Assembly: GCA_026391715.1 (NCBI GenBank)
Contig: JAPLDO010000078.1
Coordinates: 137,712-201,711 of the forward strand
DNA length: 64,000 bases
Direction: 5' to 3'
Source: Bacteroidota bacterium
Lineage (GTDB): Bacteria > Bacteroidota > Bacteroidia > Bacteroidales > FEN-979
A program made the position numbers and the translations under genes. The notes beneath the pieces are model-generated. The model ran no database searches. It was not told where the DNA came from and worked only from the letters and a program-made list of their open reading frames with translations. Shown in pieces: positions 38,571-48,923 of the stretch (position 1 is the stretch's first letter; every line of letters starts with the position of its first letter).

Positions 38571-40370
38571 TTAATGACCTACCTGAATGTGGTAAAGTCC
38601 GGCGTAAACTTCATTTAGTTTAATCAGTTCGTCATGCGAACCTTCTTCGATGATGAGACCGCCTTTGAGTACAACGATTTTATCGGCGTCGCGAATGGTG
38701 CTCAGCCGGTGCGCGATGATGATGACTGTGCGGCCTTTCATAAGGCGTTCAAGCGCTTCCATAACCAGTTTTTCCGACTCGGTATCGAGCGCGGCGGTAG
38801 GTTCATCGAGGATGAGGATAGGCGCGTTGCGAACAATGGCGCGGGCTATGCCGATGCGCTGACGTTGCCCGCCGGAAAGAGTTAGTCCTCGCTCGCCAAC
38901 GAGTGAATCGTAGCCGTGTGGCATCTGTAAGATAAACTCATGGGCGTTTGCCATCTTCGCCGCTTCAATAATTTCAGCAGGCGTCGCTTCCGGTCTGCCA
39001 TAAGCGATATTATCGCGGATGGAGCCGGCGAAAAGAACTGTTTCCTGCAAAACGAAACCAATCTGGGCGCGAAGAAGGTCGAGTTTATAATCGGCAACGT
39101 CTATCCCATCAATCAACACGCGCCCCTTTACCGGATCGTAGTAGCGCGGGATTAGGCTTAACACGGTTGATTTTCCTCCGCCCGTAGGCCCGCATACGCC
39201 GATCCTCTGACCTGGTTTGATCTTGAGATTGATGTCGCGCAGCACAGGCGATTCTGGATCGTAGGCAAAAGCAACATGTTCTAAAACAATCTCCCCTTTA
39301 AACCTGCCTGGAACGATTGCATTGGGTTTTTGCGGAATGATAGTATCGGCATCGAGAATGGTTTGGATACGTTCCATTCCAACAGCAGCCTGTGCGATAA
39401 CATTAGTCATTTTCGCAAGATCCTGCACAGGTTTGAAGAACTTGGCGAGATATGAGAGGAACACCGTGAGAGCGCCGATAGTCATGGCGTCGCGAAGAAT
39501 TAAACCTGCGCCGCGCCATAGCACGAATGCAACGCAAAACGAAACGGTAACCGCTACAATTGGCGAAAGAAGCGACTTGATGCGCCGGGCTTTCAGCGCC
39601 GCCTGGACGGTCTCCATACTAGCCTCGCCGAGACGGCTTTCCTCCATATCCTGCCGCCCAAACGCCTTTACTGAACGTACAGATTCCAAACCCTGCTGAA
39701 CAACAGCCACGATGTCGCTCTGGCGTTTGCGCACCTCGTGAGTGGCTTTCTTTACCGCAGTTTTAAATCGCGCTACAAATAGCAGAAGGAACGGCGTAAC
39801 GCCTACCGCTACAAGAGCGAAGTCGAAGTTGAGGTAAAGCATCACAACGACCATTCCAAATATAGTCAGCGCATCTACAAGAATACCGAGCAATGTGGTG
39901 GAGGCGAAACTCTGGATAGTGGTAACATCCGACGTGATGGTGCTAAGGAGGTTGCCTGTTTGGTGGGTGTCGAAATACCTTAACGAGAGGCGTTGGAGGT
40001 GATGGTAAAGGCGCTGGCGAAGATCATTAGCTACATACTGAGCTACGCTTTCGGTGTAGTAATTATCAATATAACCTGCAATCGCCCCGATCGCCGCGAT
40101 AATAACCGAACCAACTGCCGCTACTCCCGCCAATGCCAGCGTGTTTTCGCCAAACGAAAAATCGCGCAGCCACGCAAGGTACTCCGGCAGTTTATGTTTC
40201 CCAACAACATTATCGAGGATGATTTTCAAAGGCCAGGGCGCGGCGATACTCATGGCAGTTTCGATGAGCATGGCAACAAATACCACAATCAGCCAGCCTC
40301 GATAAGGCCTGATAAGTTCGAGTACCAGCCGGTTCATTCCATTGTCTGGTTTCCTCTGAAAAAACTTCAT
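38571..40370 (-). CDS. ABC exporter, fused permease/ATPase (MsbA-like)
   Basis: Has a six-TM domain followed by Walker A (GPTGGGKST), signature (LSGGQRQRIGIARA) and Walker B (LILDEPTAALD). Confidence 0.9.
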   Translation of the reverse strand: MKFFQRKPDNGMNRLVLELIRPYRGWLIVVFVAMLIETAMSIAAPWPLKIILDNVVGKHKLPEYLAWLRDFSFGENTLALAGVAAVGSVIIAAIGAIAGYIDNYYTESVAQYVANDLRQRLYHHLQRLSLRYFDTHQTGNLLSTITSDVTTIQSFASTTLLGILVDALTIFGMVVVMLYLNFDFALVAVGVTPFLLLFVARFKTAVKKATHEVRKRQSDIVAVVQQGLESVRSVKAFGRQDMEESRLGEASMETVQAALKARRIKSLLSPIVAVTVSFCVAFVLWRGAGLILRDAMTIGALTVFLSYLAKFFKPVQDLAKMTNVIAQAAVGMERIQTILDADTIIPQKPNAIVPGRFKGEIVLEHVAFAYDPESPVLRDINLKIKPGQRIGVCGPTGGGKSTVLSLIPRYYDPVKGRVLIDGIDVADYKLDLLRAQIGFVLQETVLFAGSIRDNIAYGRPEATPAEIIEAAKMANAHEFILQMPHGYDSLVGERGLTLSGGQRQRIGIARAIVRNAPILILDEPTAALDTESEKLVMEALERLMKGRTVIIIAHRLSTIRDADKIVVLKGGLIIEEGSHDELIKLNEVYAGLYHIQVGH

Positions 40371-40378
40371 GACGTGAA

Positions 40379-40894
40379 TTATTGCGGCAGTTTTGTGGCG
40401 GCATAAATCAGTGTAACTGCACTGACGCTATCGCTCATTGACACAGGATATGCCATTAATGTACCATTCACTGTTAAGCTTTGAACATTAAATGTTCCAT
40501 TCAGATACTCTTTTCCATCTTTGCCGGTAAACGGTATATTTAATGTGAAAAAACGGCTAACCACTGAAGCAATGCCATCGGAATTTGTTTCGCCAACACT
40601 TTTTTGACCATATTTGAATTCAACAGTATTCAGCGAATACTTATAACTGGTAATTTTCAGTATGCCGCTCACATTGGAGACCGTGATTGCAATGGTATCT
40701 TTTAAGCATAATGTATCATTTCGCAAAGGATGTCCACTCCACGCGCCGATTAACTGAGAATCGGCAGGAGTAGGATCTGGTTCGGGATCTGATGATTTTT
40801 TACAACCGGTAGCGAGTACAATACCGAGGAAAAGGAATGAAAGTAACGACATCTTTGCGCTCCTTTCAAACAGTGAAATGATTTGTGTTTTCAT
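40379..40894 (-). CDS. lipoprotein, function unknown
   Basis: Has a signal peptide with a lipobox-like LATGC. The body is predicted beta-rich. Confidence 0.5.
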   Translation of the reverse strand: MKTQIISLFERSAKMSLLSFLFLGIVLATGCKKSSDPEPDPTPADSQLIGAWSGHPLRNDTLCLKDTIAITVSNVSGILKITSYKYSLNTVEFKYGQKSVGETNSDGIASVVSRFFTLNIPFTGKDGKEYLNGTFNVQSLTVNGTLMAYPVSMSDSVSAVTLIYAATKLPQ

Positions 40895-41060
40895 GGTTTA
40901 TTTTTTAATTAACGTTTTGACAGCAGCCGCGTGTGCTGGATTTAGCAGATTTTATTTAGGCAATCAATCTTATTTCAACCAAATCGAATGGTTCTATCCC
41001 ACAAGTATGCAATGGGCATTTCCTTTATAATTTTTACCAATATAAGCCGTTTGGGGTAGT

Positions 41061-41631
41061 TCATCGTTTTTTCATTATTTTTAACAGCAATCTTCCTTTT
41101 GGGGTTGTGATGTATTTTTGGTTTGGACTTGAAGGTTTATCGGGTTTTGTTAAAGACAACCAACCTAAATTGATTAATGGTTTAATGTGAGTTTGAAAAT
41201 TTTTTGTATGCCTGGTAATTTTCAAATAGTTGAAAATCTCCTCTTTCTTGCGTTCCAAATTACAAAAGGTAATTATCTCAAATTCTTTGGTTGAAATAAG
41301 TTTTTCTAAAGTATCAGCTATGTCACCAGCTATGTCACCAGCTATGTCACCGGCTATGTCACCAGCTATGTCACGAGCTTCATTACCATCTTGATTACCA
41401 GATTTGTCATCATAGACGCCATCAACGTTTTCGACTAAATAATTCGGCTTTTTCGCTCAATTCTTTAACACCTATTAAAATATATCCTCCGCCAATGTTT
41501 TCAAAATCATTGGCAAAAGCACAAATACTGCGATAAACAGAATCCGGATTCCATCCTTCTTTAAATTCGATTCGTTCCGATTCAATCGTTTTAGCAGTGA
41601 GTAAATCGTTGATATTTATCGGTAAAATCAT
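41061..41631 (-). pseudogene. decayed AlbA_2/Schlafen-type DNA-binding regulator gene
   Basis: The N-terminal fragment (ESERIEFKEGWNPDSVYRSICAFANDFENIGGGYILIGV) ends in a stop after 69 aa. A C-terminal winged-helix-like fragment lies in another ORF, and the central ATPase portion is absent. Confidence 0.55.
41316..41378. repeat. 12-bp tandem repeat AGCTATGTCACC x5
   Basis: Five consecutive units carry 2 substitutions. On the minus strand they encode (GDIA)n inside the decayed gene. Confidence 0.9.
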
Positions 41632-42034
41632 GCTTTTTTATTTGTTCTTTTGAACGAATATATTGCTCTGCTTTTATCACGGTTTTCATCCAAGCGTGCA
41701 AGTATCTTGCAGAATAAACAATTCCGGTGTTGATGCACAATTATAAACAACATACAAATAATAATACTTATTAAGTCGTTGAGCTGGTTTGTTTCGTTGG
41801 AATGCGCTATAACTTGCCGCTAACAGTATAATTTGTTGTATTCAGATAAAAAGAAAATGAAACCGAGAGTTTTTACAAAGGTAAATTATAATCACCTGAC
41901 AGCATTTTTTTGATGAAAAATCTTTCGATGTTCAATGACCAGAAAATCATGGTCGTCATCAACATGTGTAATATTTTATGTACCCCTTTTATTTTAATCG
42001 CTACATTAGCCGCTCACAAATAAAAAATACTGCT

Positions 42035-43738
42035 ATGGATTGGTTTGTAAACACATTTCGCCAGCATCCTGAACTGGCAATTTTCCTTACAATCGCTCTG
42101 GGATTTTTCATCGGTAAATTTAAGTATGGAACCTTTTCTCTCGGAAATGTCACCAGCGTTTTGCTCGTCGGCGTGATTGTGGGGCAGATGAAAATAGCAA
42201 TCGCTCCCGAAGTCAAACAGGTTTTCTTTCTGATTTTCCTCTTCGCTGTTGGCTACAGCGTAGGTCCGCAGTTTTTCAACAGCCTGAAAAAGTCGGGGAT
42301 TCCGCAACTTATTTTTGGTACGCTCATGGGCGTCACAGCTCTTTTATCCACCTGGGCGCTTGCCAAAATGATGGGTTATAACGCCGGTCAGGCAGCGGGG
42401 TTGTTTGCCGGAGCGCAAACCATCTCTGCCGTGATAGGAGTGGGCGGCGACACCATTAATTCACTGGGCATTGATGCAGCCGCAAAACAAACCATGATGA
42501 ATGCCATCCCTGTTTGCTATGCTGTCACCTATTTGTTTGGCACAATTGGCTCGGCATTCCTGTTGGCTCAGTTAGGTCCTCTATTCTGGGGCGGATTAAA
42601 AAAAGCCAGAGAACAGTGCCGTGCATTGGAAAGCAAGATGGGCGTTGATTCCCAGGATCAACCCTCAATGATATCTTCCTATACTAATGTGGTCTTCAGG
42701 GGATATAACCTGGGAATAAAGTCCATTGCCATCGGTAAAACTTCAGTCGAACTTCAGCAGGATTTTATCTCCAAAGGATATCGGATCTTTGTAGCCCGGA
42801 TGCGCAAAAAAGGCGCCAGCCTTATTCAGGAACCTCCCGCCGATTACCGCTTTGCAGCGCATGACGACATTGTTTTACAGGGTCGCGGGGATTATCTGAT
42901 TACCGAAGAAAAGGAACTTGGAAAGGAGATATTCGATCATCTGCTGCTCGATTTCAAAGTGGACTCGGTGAAGGTTCTTTTCACTAACCGTAAGCTGGAT
43001 GGTCATACTATCGGGGATTTAAGTCATCAGCGTTATGATTTGCGGGTTTCACTTCAAAAGGTGACGCGCGGTGGAATTGAACTTCCTTTGTTATCGGGAA
43101 CTCCTTTGCACAAAGGCGACATGCTGTGGCTGATCGGTCCGCGCGAAGATGTTGATAAAGCCGTGAAATTACTTGGATTCCCCGATGTCTCAACAGAAAA
43201 AACAGACATGATTGCAATGGGATTGGGTATTCTTTTGGGTGGATTGGTTGGCGTGCTGGCATTGCGTATCGGAGATGTTTCATTAAGCCTTAGTACCAGT
43301 GGCGGCGCTTTGATTTCAGGACTCTTTTTTGGCTGGCTGCGCTCAAAGCATCCAAATCACGCACAGATTCCGGAACCGGCATTGTGGATAATGACTAACC
43401 TGGGCTTGAATGCCTTTATAGCGGTTGTGGGAATTACCGCCGGTCCCGGATTCGTGGAAGGATTCAAAGAAGTTGGTCCGATGCTCTTTGTGATCGGCGC
43501 TTTGGCAACCATGATCCCGCTGATTGTCGGGATACTGATGGCGCGTTACATTTTCAAATTCGACGTGGCGCTGGGCTTAGGCTGCTGCTGCGGCGCCCGC
43601 ACTACCACCGCCGGACTGCCCGCCGTTCAGGACGCCCTTGAAAGCAAACTCCCCGCGCTGGGTTACACCGTAACCTACGCGCTTGGAAATACCTTATTGA
43701 TTATATGTGGAATTATCTTAGTCTTTCTGATGAATTAA
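42035..43738 (+). CDS. aspT: aspartate:alanine antiporter family transporter (AspT/YidE/YbjL)
   Basis: Two membrane domains flank two RCK_C/TrkA_C-like cytoplasmic domains. It lies immediately upstream of aspartate 4-decarboxylase. The ATG at 42035 is preferred. Confidence 0.75.
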   Translation: MDWFVNTFRQHPELAIFLTIALGFFIGKFKYGTFSLGNVTSVLLVGVIVGQMKIAIAPEVKQVFFLIFLFAVGYSVGPQFFNSLKKSGIPQLIFGTLMGVTALLSTWALAKMMGYNAGQAAGLFAGAQTISAVIGVGGDTINSLGIDAAAKQTMMNAIPVCYAVTYLFGTIGSAFLLAQLGPLFWGGLKKAREQCRALESKMGVDSQDQPSMISSYTNVVFRGYNLGIKSIAIGKTSVELQQDFISKGYRIFVARMRKKGASLIQEPPADYRFAAHDDIVLQGRGDYLITEEKELGKEIFDHLLLDFKVDSVKVLFTNRKLDGHTIGDLSHQRYDLRVSLQKVTRGGIELPLLSGTPLHKGDMLWLIGPREDVDKAVKLLGFPDVSTEKTDMIAMGLGILLGGLVGVLALRIGDVSLSLSTSGGALISGLFFGWLRSKHPNHAQIPEPALWIMTNLGLNAFIAVVGITAGPGFVEGFKEVGPMLFVIGALATMIPLIVGILMARYIFKFDVALGLGCCCGARTTTAGLPAVQDALESKLPALGYTVTYALGNTLLIICGIILVFLMN

Positions 43739-43749
43739 AAATAAAAACC

Positions 43750-45390
43750 ATGAACCAGAATCTTCCAAAAATCAAAACCACCCGCAAGACCGAACAAAAG
43801 CTCGAACAGATGAGCCCGTTCGAACTGAAAAACAACCTTATTGATCTTGCCAGTCATCAAACCAATAAAAGCAGCCATACCATGCTGAATGCCGGGCGCG
43901 GCAACCCCAACTGGATTGCAACCACGCCGAGGGAGGCATTTTTCCATCTCGGAAAATTCGGACTTGAAGAGTGCCGGCTCGCTATGGATTATAAAGAGGG
44001 GCTGGCTGGTATTCCACAGCAGCAGGGAATTGCCAAAAGATTTGAAAAATTTCTGGAAGAAAATAAAGATATGCCAGGAAACACTCTTCTTGCGGAACTT
44101 TATAACTATGGAATAACTCAGCGCCAGTTCGACCCCGATGGTTTTGTTCATGAACTAGCCGAAGGCGTTATTGGCGATCAATACCCGGTTCCCGACCGGA
44201 TGCTTAAATACCCCGAATCCATTGTTCACGATTACCTTGTCCAGGAAATGTGCGGAAACAAAGCGCCAAAAGGACGGTACGATATTTTTGCCACCGAAGG
44301 CGGAACCGCTGCCATGTGCTATATCTTCGATTCGCTTATGCAGAATTTCCTGATTAAACGGGGCGACAAGGTGGCGATTTTTGTTCCAACATTCACGCCA
44401 TATATTGAAATTCCAGAACTCGACAGGTTTAATTTCAAGGTGACGCTTATCAATGCCAAAGGGTTGAACAAGGATGGAATGCACAACTGGGAATATCCCG
44501 ACGAGGAACTTGACAAGCTGAAAGACCCGGATATCAAAGTGGCTTATCTCGTCAATCCCAGTAATCCGCCATCAGTGGCATTAAGCGCGAAGGAACGGAA
44601 GAAGATCATTGACATCATTAAAAAGGACAATCCCAATCTGATGTTCATCACCGATGATGTTTATGGAACTTTTGTTGATGGATTCCGCTCCCTTATGGCT
44701 GAAATTCCTCAAAATACGCTTGGGGTTTATTCATTTTCAAAATATTTCGGCTGCACCGGATGGCGCATTGGCGTAATTGCGCTTCACGAAAAAAACATTT
44801 ACGACCAGTTGATCAAAGAGCTTCCCGATAGTACAAAGAAGACGCTGAATAAGCGGTATCACTCGATCCATCTTCATCCCGAACAACTGAAATTCATTGA
44901 CCGGATGGTTGCCGACAGCCGCAGCGTAGCCTTAAACCATACTGCTGGATTGTCGCTTCCACAGCAGATACAAATGATGTTGTTTGCTTCGTTTGCCTTG
45001 TTCGACAAGACAAATGCTTACAAGCAGCTCACTTGTACAATAGTTCAACGCCGTCTGAATCTCCTGTTCGAGGGAATGGGCTTCAAACTAAAACCCGATC
45101 CAAACCGCGCCGGATATTATTGCGAACTTGACATCATGTTGTGGGCGGAAAAAACGTATGGCAGTGATTTTGCCCGGTATCTGAAAAAAAATTATGAACC
45201 GGTGGACGTCCTTTTCCGGCTTGCCGAAATTTGTTCAGTGGTATTACTTAATGGCGGCGGATTCGACGGACCCGAATGGTCAATCAGGGTTTCCCTTGCC
45301 AACCTCGCCGACGAGTCCTACACGGCTATCGCGAAGGGAATCGTTACCATTGTTTCGGAATATGTTGAAGACTGGAAAATGAAAAAATAA
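43750..45390 (+). CDS. aspD: aspartate 4-decarboxylase (bifunctional aspartate aminotransferase/decarboxylase)
   Basis: Has N-terminal MSPFELKNNLIDLA and MLNAGRGNPNWIATTPREAFF, plus the PLP-lysine motif SFSKYFGCTGWRIG. It is about 546 aa. Confidence 0.8.
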   Translation: MNQNLPKIKTTRKTEQKLEQMSPFELKNNLIDLASHQTNKSSHTMLNAGRGNPNWIATTPREAFFHLGKFGLEECRLAMDYKEGLAGIPQQQGIAKRFEKFLEENKDMPGNTLLAELYNYGITQRQFDPDGFVHELAEGVIGDQYPVPDRMLKYPESIVHDYLVQEMCGNKAPKGRYDIFATEGGTAAMCYIFDSLMQNFLIKRGDKVAIFVPTFTPYIEIPELDRFNFKVTLINAKGLNKDGMHNWEYPDEELDKLKDPDIKVAYLVNPSNPPSVALSAKERKKIIDIIKKDNPNLMFITDDVYGTFVDGFRSLMAEIPQNTLGVYSFSKYFGCTGWRIGVIALHEKNIYDQLIKELPDSTKKTLNKRYHSIHLHPEQLKFIDRMVADSRSVALNHTAGLSLPQQIQMMLFASFALFDKTNAYKQLTCTIVQRRLNLLFEGMGFKLKPDPNRAGYYCELDIMLWAEKTYGSDFARYLKKNYEPVDVLFRLAEICSVVLLNGGGFDGPEWSIRVSLANLADESYTAIAKGIVTIVSEYVEDWKMKK

Positions 45391-45426
45391 TGAAAATGAG
45401 ATGAATGTTGCCCGCTCTGAATTTTA

Positions 45427-46140
45427 TCATATCCATCCTGATAATTTATAATAAAGCAGCGCAATCCATTCCCGAATTATAAGCGCTTCATAATGCAGTT
45501 GCGACCAGAACTGGTATCGCAAGGTGATGTTGTCTCCAAGGTTAAGAAAAAAATTCCTGTCACGATGTTTTGTGATGTTGAAGGAAAGATCGCCTTCCAC
45601 ATCTTTTTCAAAAGCAGGAAAACCATCAACATTGAGAAAACCGGCTTTTTTAAAAGTAAGAACAGCGCGGTAAAGATGTTCAGGAGATGTGACGATGACG
45701 AGAGACGAGGGACGAATTTGTTCGATATTCGATATTCTTTTAAAGATGTTTACTGCCTGAGCTCTGGTGTTGGTTCCCGAATCTTCAAACATGATGCGGC
45801 TGGGGGCGATTCCGCGAAAAATAAGTTCGTCTTTCATGCCATTGATGGAACTTGATTTATCGGCAGAGTCGCCGGGGAGGGCGATTATAATTTGCGCTTT
45901 TGTAAAGCGTTCTGCCACTTTCGCGGCATACCAGCATCGCATAAGTCCCGATTCACTTGGCATCCCGGATCCTCCCATCACTACAATAAAATCGGGAGGA
46001 CGATGAATTCCGGCTTTTTTAATTCCCAGTCCGTACCAAATCCAGAAGGGGGCTGAGGTAAGCGCCAGGATTACCATGCCCAGCGCGATGACCCCGATCA
46101 TCACACATCCAATCCTGATCGCTCCGAGCAGTTTTTTCAC
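45427..46140 (-). CDS. DUF218 (YdcF/ElyC/SanA-like) family protein
   Basis: Has an N-terminal TM and the motifs IVVMGGSG and VIVTSPEHLYRA. Confidence 0.7.
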   Translation of the reverse strand: MKKLLGAIRIGCVMIGVIALGMVILALTSAPFWIWYGLGIKKAGIHRPPDFIVVMGGSGMPSESGLMRCWYAAKVAERFTKAQIIIALPGDSADKSSSINGMKDELIFRGIAPSRIMFEDSGTNTRAQAVNIFKRISNIEQIRPSSLVIVTSPEHLYRAVLTFKKAGFLNVDGFPAFEKDVEGDLSFNITKHRDRNFFLNLGDNITLRYQFWSQLHYEALIIREWIALLYYKLSGWI

Positions 46141-46173
46141 GTATTACCAAAATATTGCTCCTGCGGAGCAAGT

Positions 46174-47694
46174 TTATTTTGTTATTTTTTCTTTCACTAT
46201 TGATGAAATCCGCTCAACAGGAATCCGCTCCTGTAGCATAGTATCGCGGTCACGGATGGTTACGGAGTTGTCCTCAAGCGTCTGATGGTCAATGGTGATG
46301 CAATACGGGGTGCCGAGCGCGTCCATACGGCGGTAACGGCGGCCTATGGTATCCTTTTCCTCGTAATAGCAACGATAATCGTACTTCATTACATCCATGA
46401 TTTCGCGCGCCTTTTCGGGCAGCCCGTCCTTTTTTGTCAGTGGAAGAATGGCGAGTTTAACCGGTGCAAGTTTCGCCGGAATGCTCAGTACAACACGTTC
46501 GCTGCCGTCTTCGAGTTTCTCTTCGCGGTAGGCATGGCTAAGGATTGCGAGGAAAGTGCGGTCGAGACCGATAGAAGTTTCCACGACATAAGGCACATAA
46601 CTTTCGTTGGCTTCAGTGTCGAAATACTGGAGCTTTTTACCCGAAAACTGTTGATGCGCGGTCAGGTCAAAATCGGTGCGGCTGTGAATTCCTTCCAGTT
46701 CTTTGAAACCGATAGGAAATTCAAATTCAATATCGGCGGCTGCATTGGCGTAATGGGCAAGTTTTTCGTGGTTGTGGAAGCGATATTTCGAGGCGGGAAT
46801 TCCAAGGGAAAGATGCCATTTCATGCGTTCCTCCTTCCAGAATTCATACCACTGAAGTTCTTCGCCGGGTTTCACAAAATATTGCATCTCCATTTGTTCA
46901 AATTCTCTCATACGAAACAAAAATTGTCGCGCCACGATCTCATTGCGGAAAGCTTTCCCAATCTGAGCAATTCCAAATGGGATCTTCATGCGGGCAGTTT
47001 TCTGCACATTCAGGAAATTGACGAATATGCCCTGTGCGGTCTCTGGACGAAGATAGATCGCCGAGGCGTCCTCGTTCACCGATCCCATCTGTGTCGAAAA
47101 CATAAGGTTAAATTGCCTTACATCTGTCCAGTTTTTCGTTCCGCTAACCGGGCAAACAATTCCCGATTCTTCAATCAACAGTTTGACGTCGGCGAGATCG
47201 TCCTTCCCCAATGAAGAATAAAACCGGGTTTTTATGGCGTCAATTTTATCCTGATATTCTTTTACGCGAGGGTTGGTTTCACGATACATTTTTTCATCAA
47301 ACGTTTCGCCAAAACGGCTGCGCGCTTTTTCTACCTCTTTCTGGATTTTATCCTCAATTTTCTGAAGATGGTCTTCAACAAGCACATCGGCGCGGTAACG
47401 TTTTTTGGAATCCCGGTTATCAATCATCGGGTCGCTGAAGGCATCCACATGACCGGAAGCCTTCCAAACAGTGGGGTGCATGAAGATGGCACAGTCGAGA
47501 CCCACGATATTCTCATGGTATTGGGTCATCCATTTCCACCAGTATTCCTTGATGTTGTTCTTGAGTTCAACGCCAAAAGGACCGTAATCATAAACAGCGC
47601 TTAAACCATCATAAATTTCACTGGATGGAAATACAAAGCCGTACTCCTTGGCATGGGATATAATTTTCTTAAAGAGGTCTTCATTGTTAGCCAT
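46174..47694 (-). CDS. glyQS: glycine--tRNA ligase (homodimeric class II type)
   Basis: Strongly conserved motifs are present: YDYGPFGVELKNNI, LRPETAQGIFVNF, FRNEI and SIGLDR. Confidence 0.95.
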   Translation of the reverse strand: MANNEDLFKKIISHAKEYGFVFPSSEIYDGLSAVYDYGPFGVELKNNIKEYWWKWMTQYHENIVGLDCAIFMHPTVWKASGHVDAFSDPMIDNRDSKKRYRADVLVEDHLQKIEDKIQKEVEKARSRFGETFDEKMYRETNPRVKEYQDKIDAIKTRFYSSLGKDDLADVKLLIEESGIVCPVSGTKNWTDVRQFNLMFSTQMGSVNEDASAIYLRPETAQGIFVNFLNVQKTARMKIPFGIAQIGKAFRNEIVARQFLFRMREFEQMEMQYFVKPGEELQWYEFWKEERMKWHLSLGIPASKYRFHNHEKLAHYANAAADIEFEFPIGFKELEGIHSRTDFDLTAHQQFSGKKLQYFDTEANESYVPYVVETSIGLDRTFLAILSHAYREEKLEDGSERVVLSIPAKLAPVKLAILPLTKKDGLPEKAREIMDVMKYDYRCYYEEKDTIGRRYRRMDALGTPYCITIDHQTLEDNSVTIRDRDTMLQERIPVERISSIVKEKITK

Positions 47695-47715
47695 AATGTA
47701 TCATTTTTTTCGCCG

Positions 47716-47723
47716 CAAAGGTA
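47716..47723 (-). promoter_or_regulatory. candidate Bacteroidota -7 box (TACCTTTG)
   Basis: Matches TAnnTTTG on the minus strand, 21 nt upstream of the glyQS ATG. Confidence 0.3.
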
Positions 47724-48197
47724 GGAAAATTAAAAAACTGAAAGCAGAGCAATCGAAAAACCAAGTTTGACCTAACATTTCATCCTCTGAAGAAAATGGC
47801 GATGAACAAGCAAATCCAATTAATTGGAGGTCATCGCGGCATCGGACATCAGAGCCAAACCCGCCTATCATTTGAAAGCGTTAATTCTGAAACAAATACT
47901 TCCGAACAGACCAGCAAAAAGAAAATATGAAAGACGCACCAAGCAAGGTAAATATAGGAAATACAAATAATATAGTTGCCATGTTAGCTACATTACTTCT
48001 CATTTTGATTAAGGGAACGGGGGTTGTGGTTTTATTGCAAACGAAGGTTTATTATACAATTCCTCTTTGAGTATAGAATTTCTGAGTCTGCTCCGAAAAT
48101 GGTGGTGGGGTAAGAAAAGTTATCAACTTTTCCCCTTTTTCGTATTACCTTTGCCATGCCAACCGGATTAAACATATAAACTTAATCCGAAACCAAA

Positions 48198-48491
48198 ATG
48201 AAAACAATTCAGAAAATTATCGTGTTTTACCTGCTTCTGACGCCAATAATTGGCATGGCAGAAACATCTGAAATGAACGCCCGGTTTGACCTGCTCTTCA
48301 ATTTTCTCTGGGCAATCATCGGCATTTTTACTACCATGATGGTGAGCATATTCGGATTTGCTTTCTGGGACCGCAAACTATCGCTGGCGCCAATGAAAAA
48401 AGATTATCTGAAAACACTCACAGCTCTTCGCGACTATTCTGAATATCAGCCAAAACTTAAGGAAATTCTTAAAAGCGCCGGGTTACTGTAA
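48198..48491 (+). CDS. small membrane protein, function unknown
   Basis: A 97-aa ORF with a signal/TM segment and a second TM. Confidence 0.4.
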   Translation: MKTIQKIIVFYLLLTPIIGMAETSEMNARFDLLFNFLWAIIGIFTTMMVSIFGFAFWDRKLSLAPMKKDYLKTLTALRDYSEYQPKLKEILKSAGLL

Positions 48492-48923
48492 TTTTACCTA
48501 TTGGTAGCATAATTATTGGATATGTGGGCGGTGCAAATTCAATGAATATGTATGGCAAACCTGTTACCAGCAATTAGTTTTGCCCCACCAAAGCCAATAA
48601 CAAAATAAATTCTTTTCTTTGCTGAAACGCTATAATTGTGAGTGTACAGTTTGATTTCTGATCCATTAGCCGCTGAGTTGAGTCCTGCGTAAAATCATCA
48701 ATATACAGAAAATTTCGTGCATCAATCGCGGCGTCAAACTGTCCAAATAAAATGAGTCACTAGAAAAGAGTTTCAAAGCAGAGCATTTTTTTTGACGGAA
48801 AGGCGATATTAGTAATTTCCCCTTTTTCTCTATTTCGTTGACAACCCTGTATAGCGGAGGTTGTTAATATCATAAATAAAGTTATAATTTAGCCCCATAA
48901 AAAGAGTAAATAAAAAAAAGAAC

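Noticed and set aside
45691-45720. Third heptamer array inside the DUF218 gene
   Set aside because: Only about two units are present (AGAGACG AGGGACG). They lie in coding sequence on the opposite strand, next to the conserved VIVTSPEH motif, and are probably coincidental. They are mentioned under the heptamer finding only as a trace.
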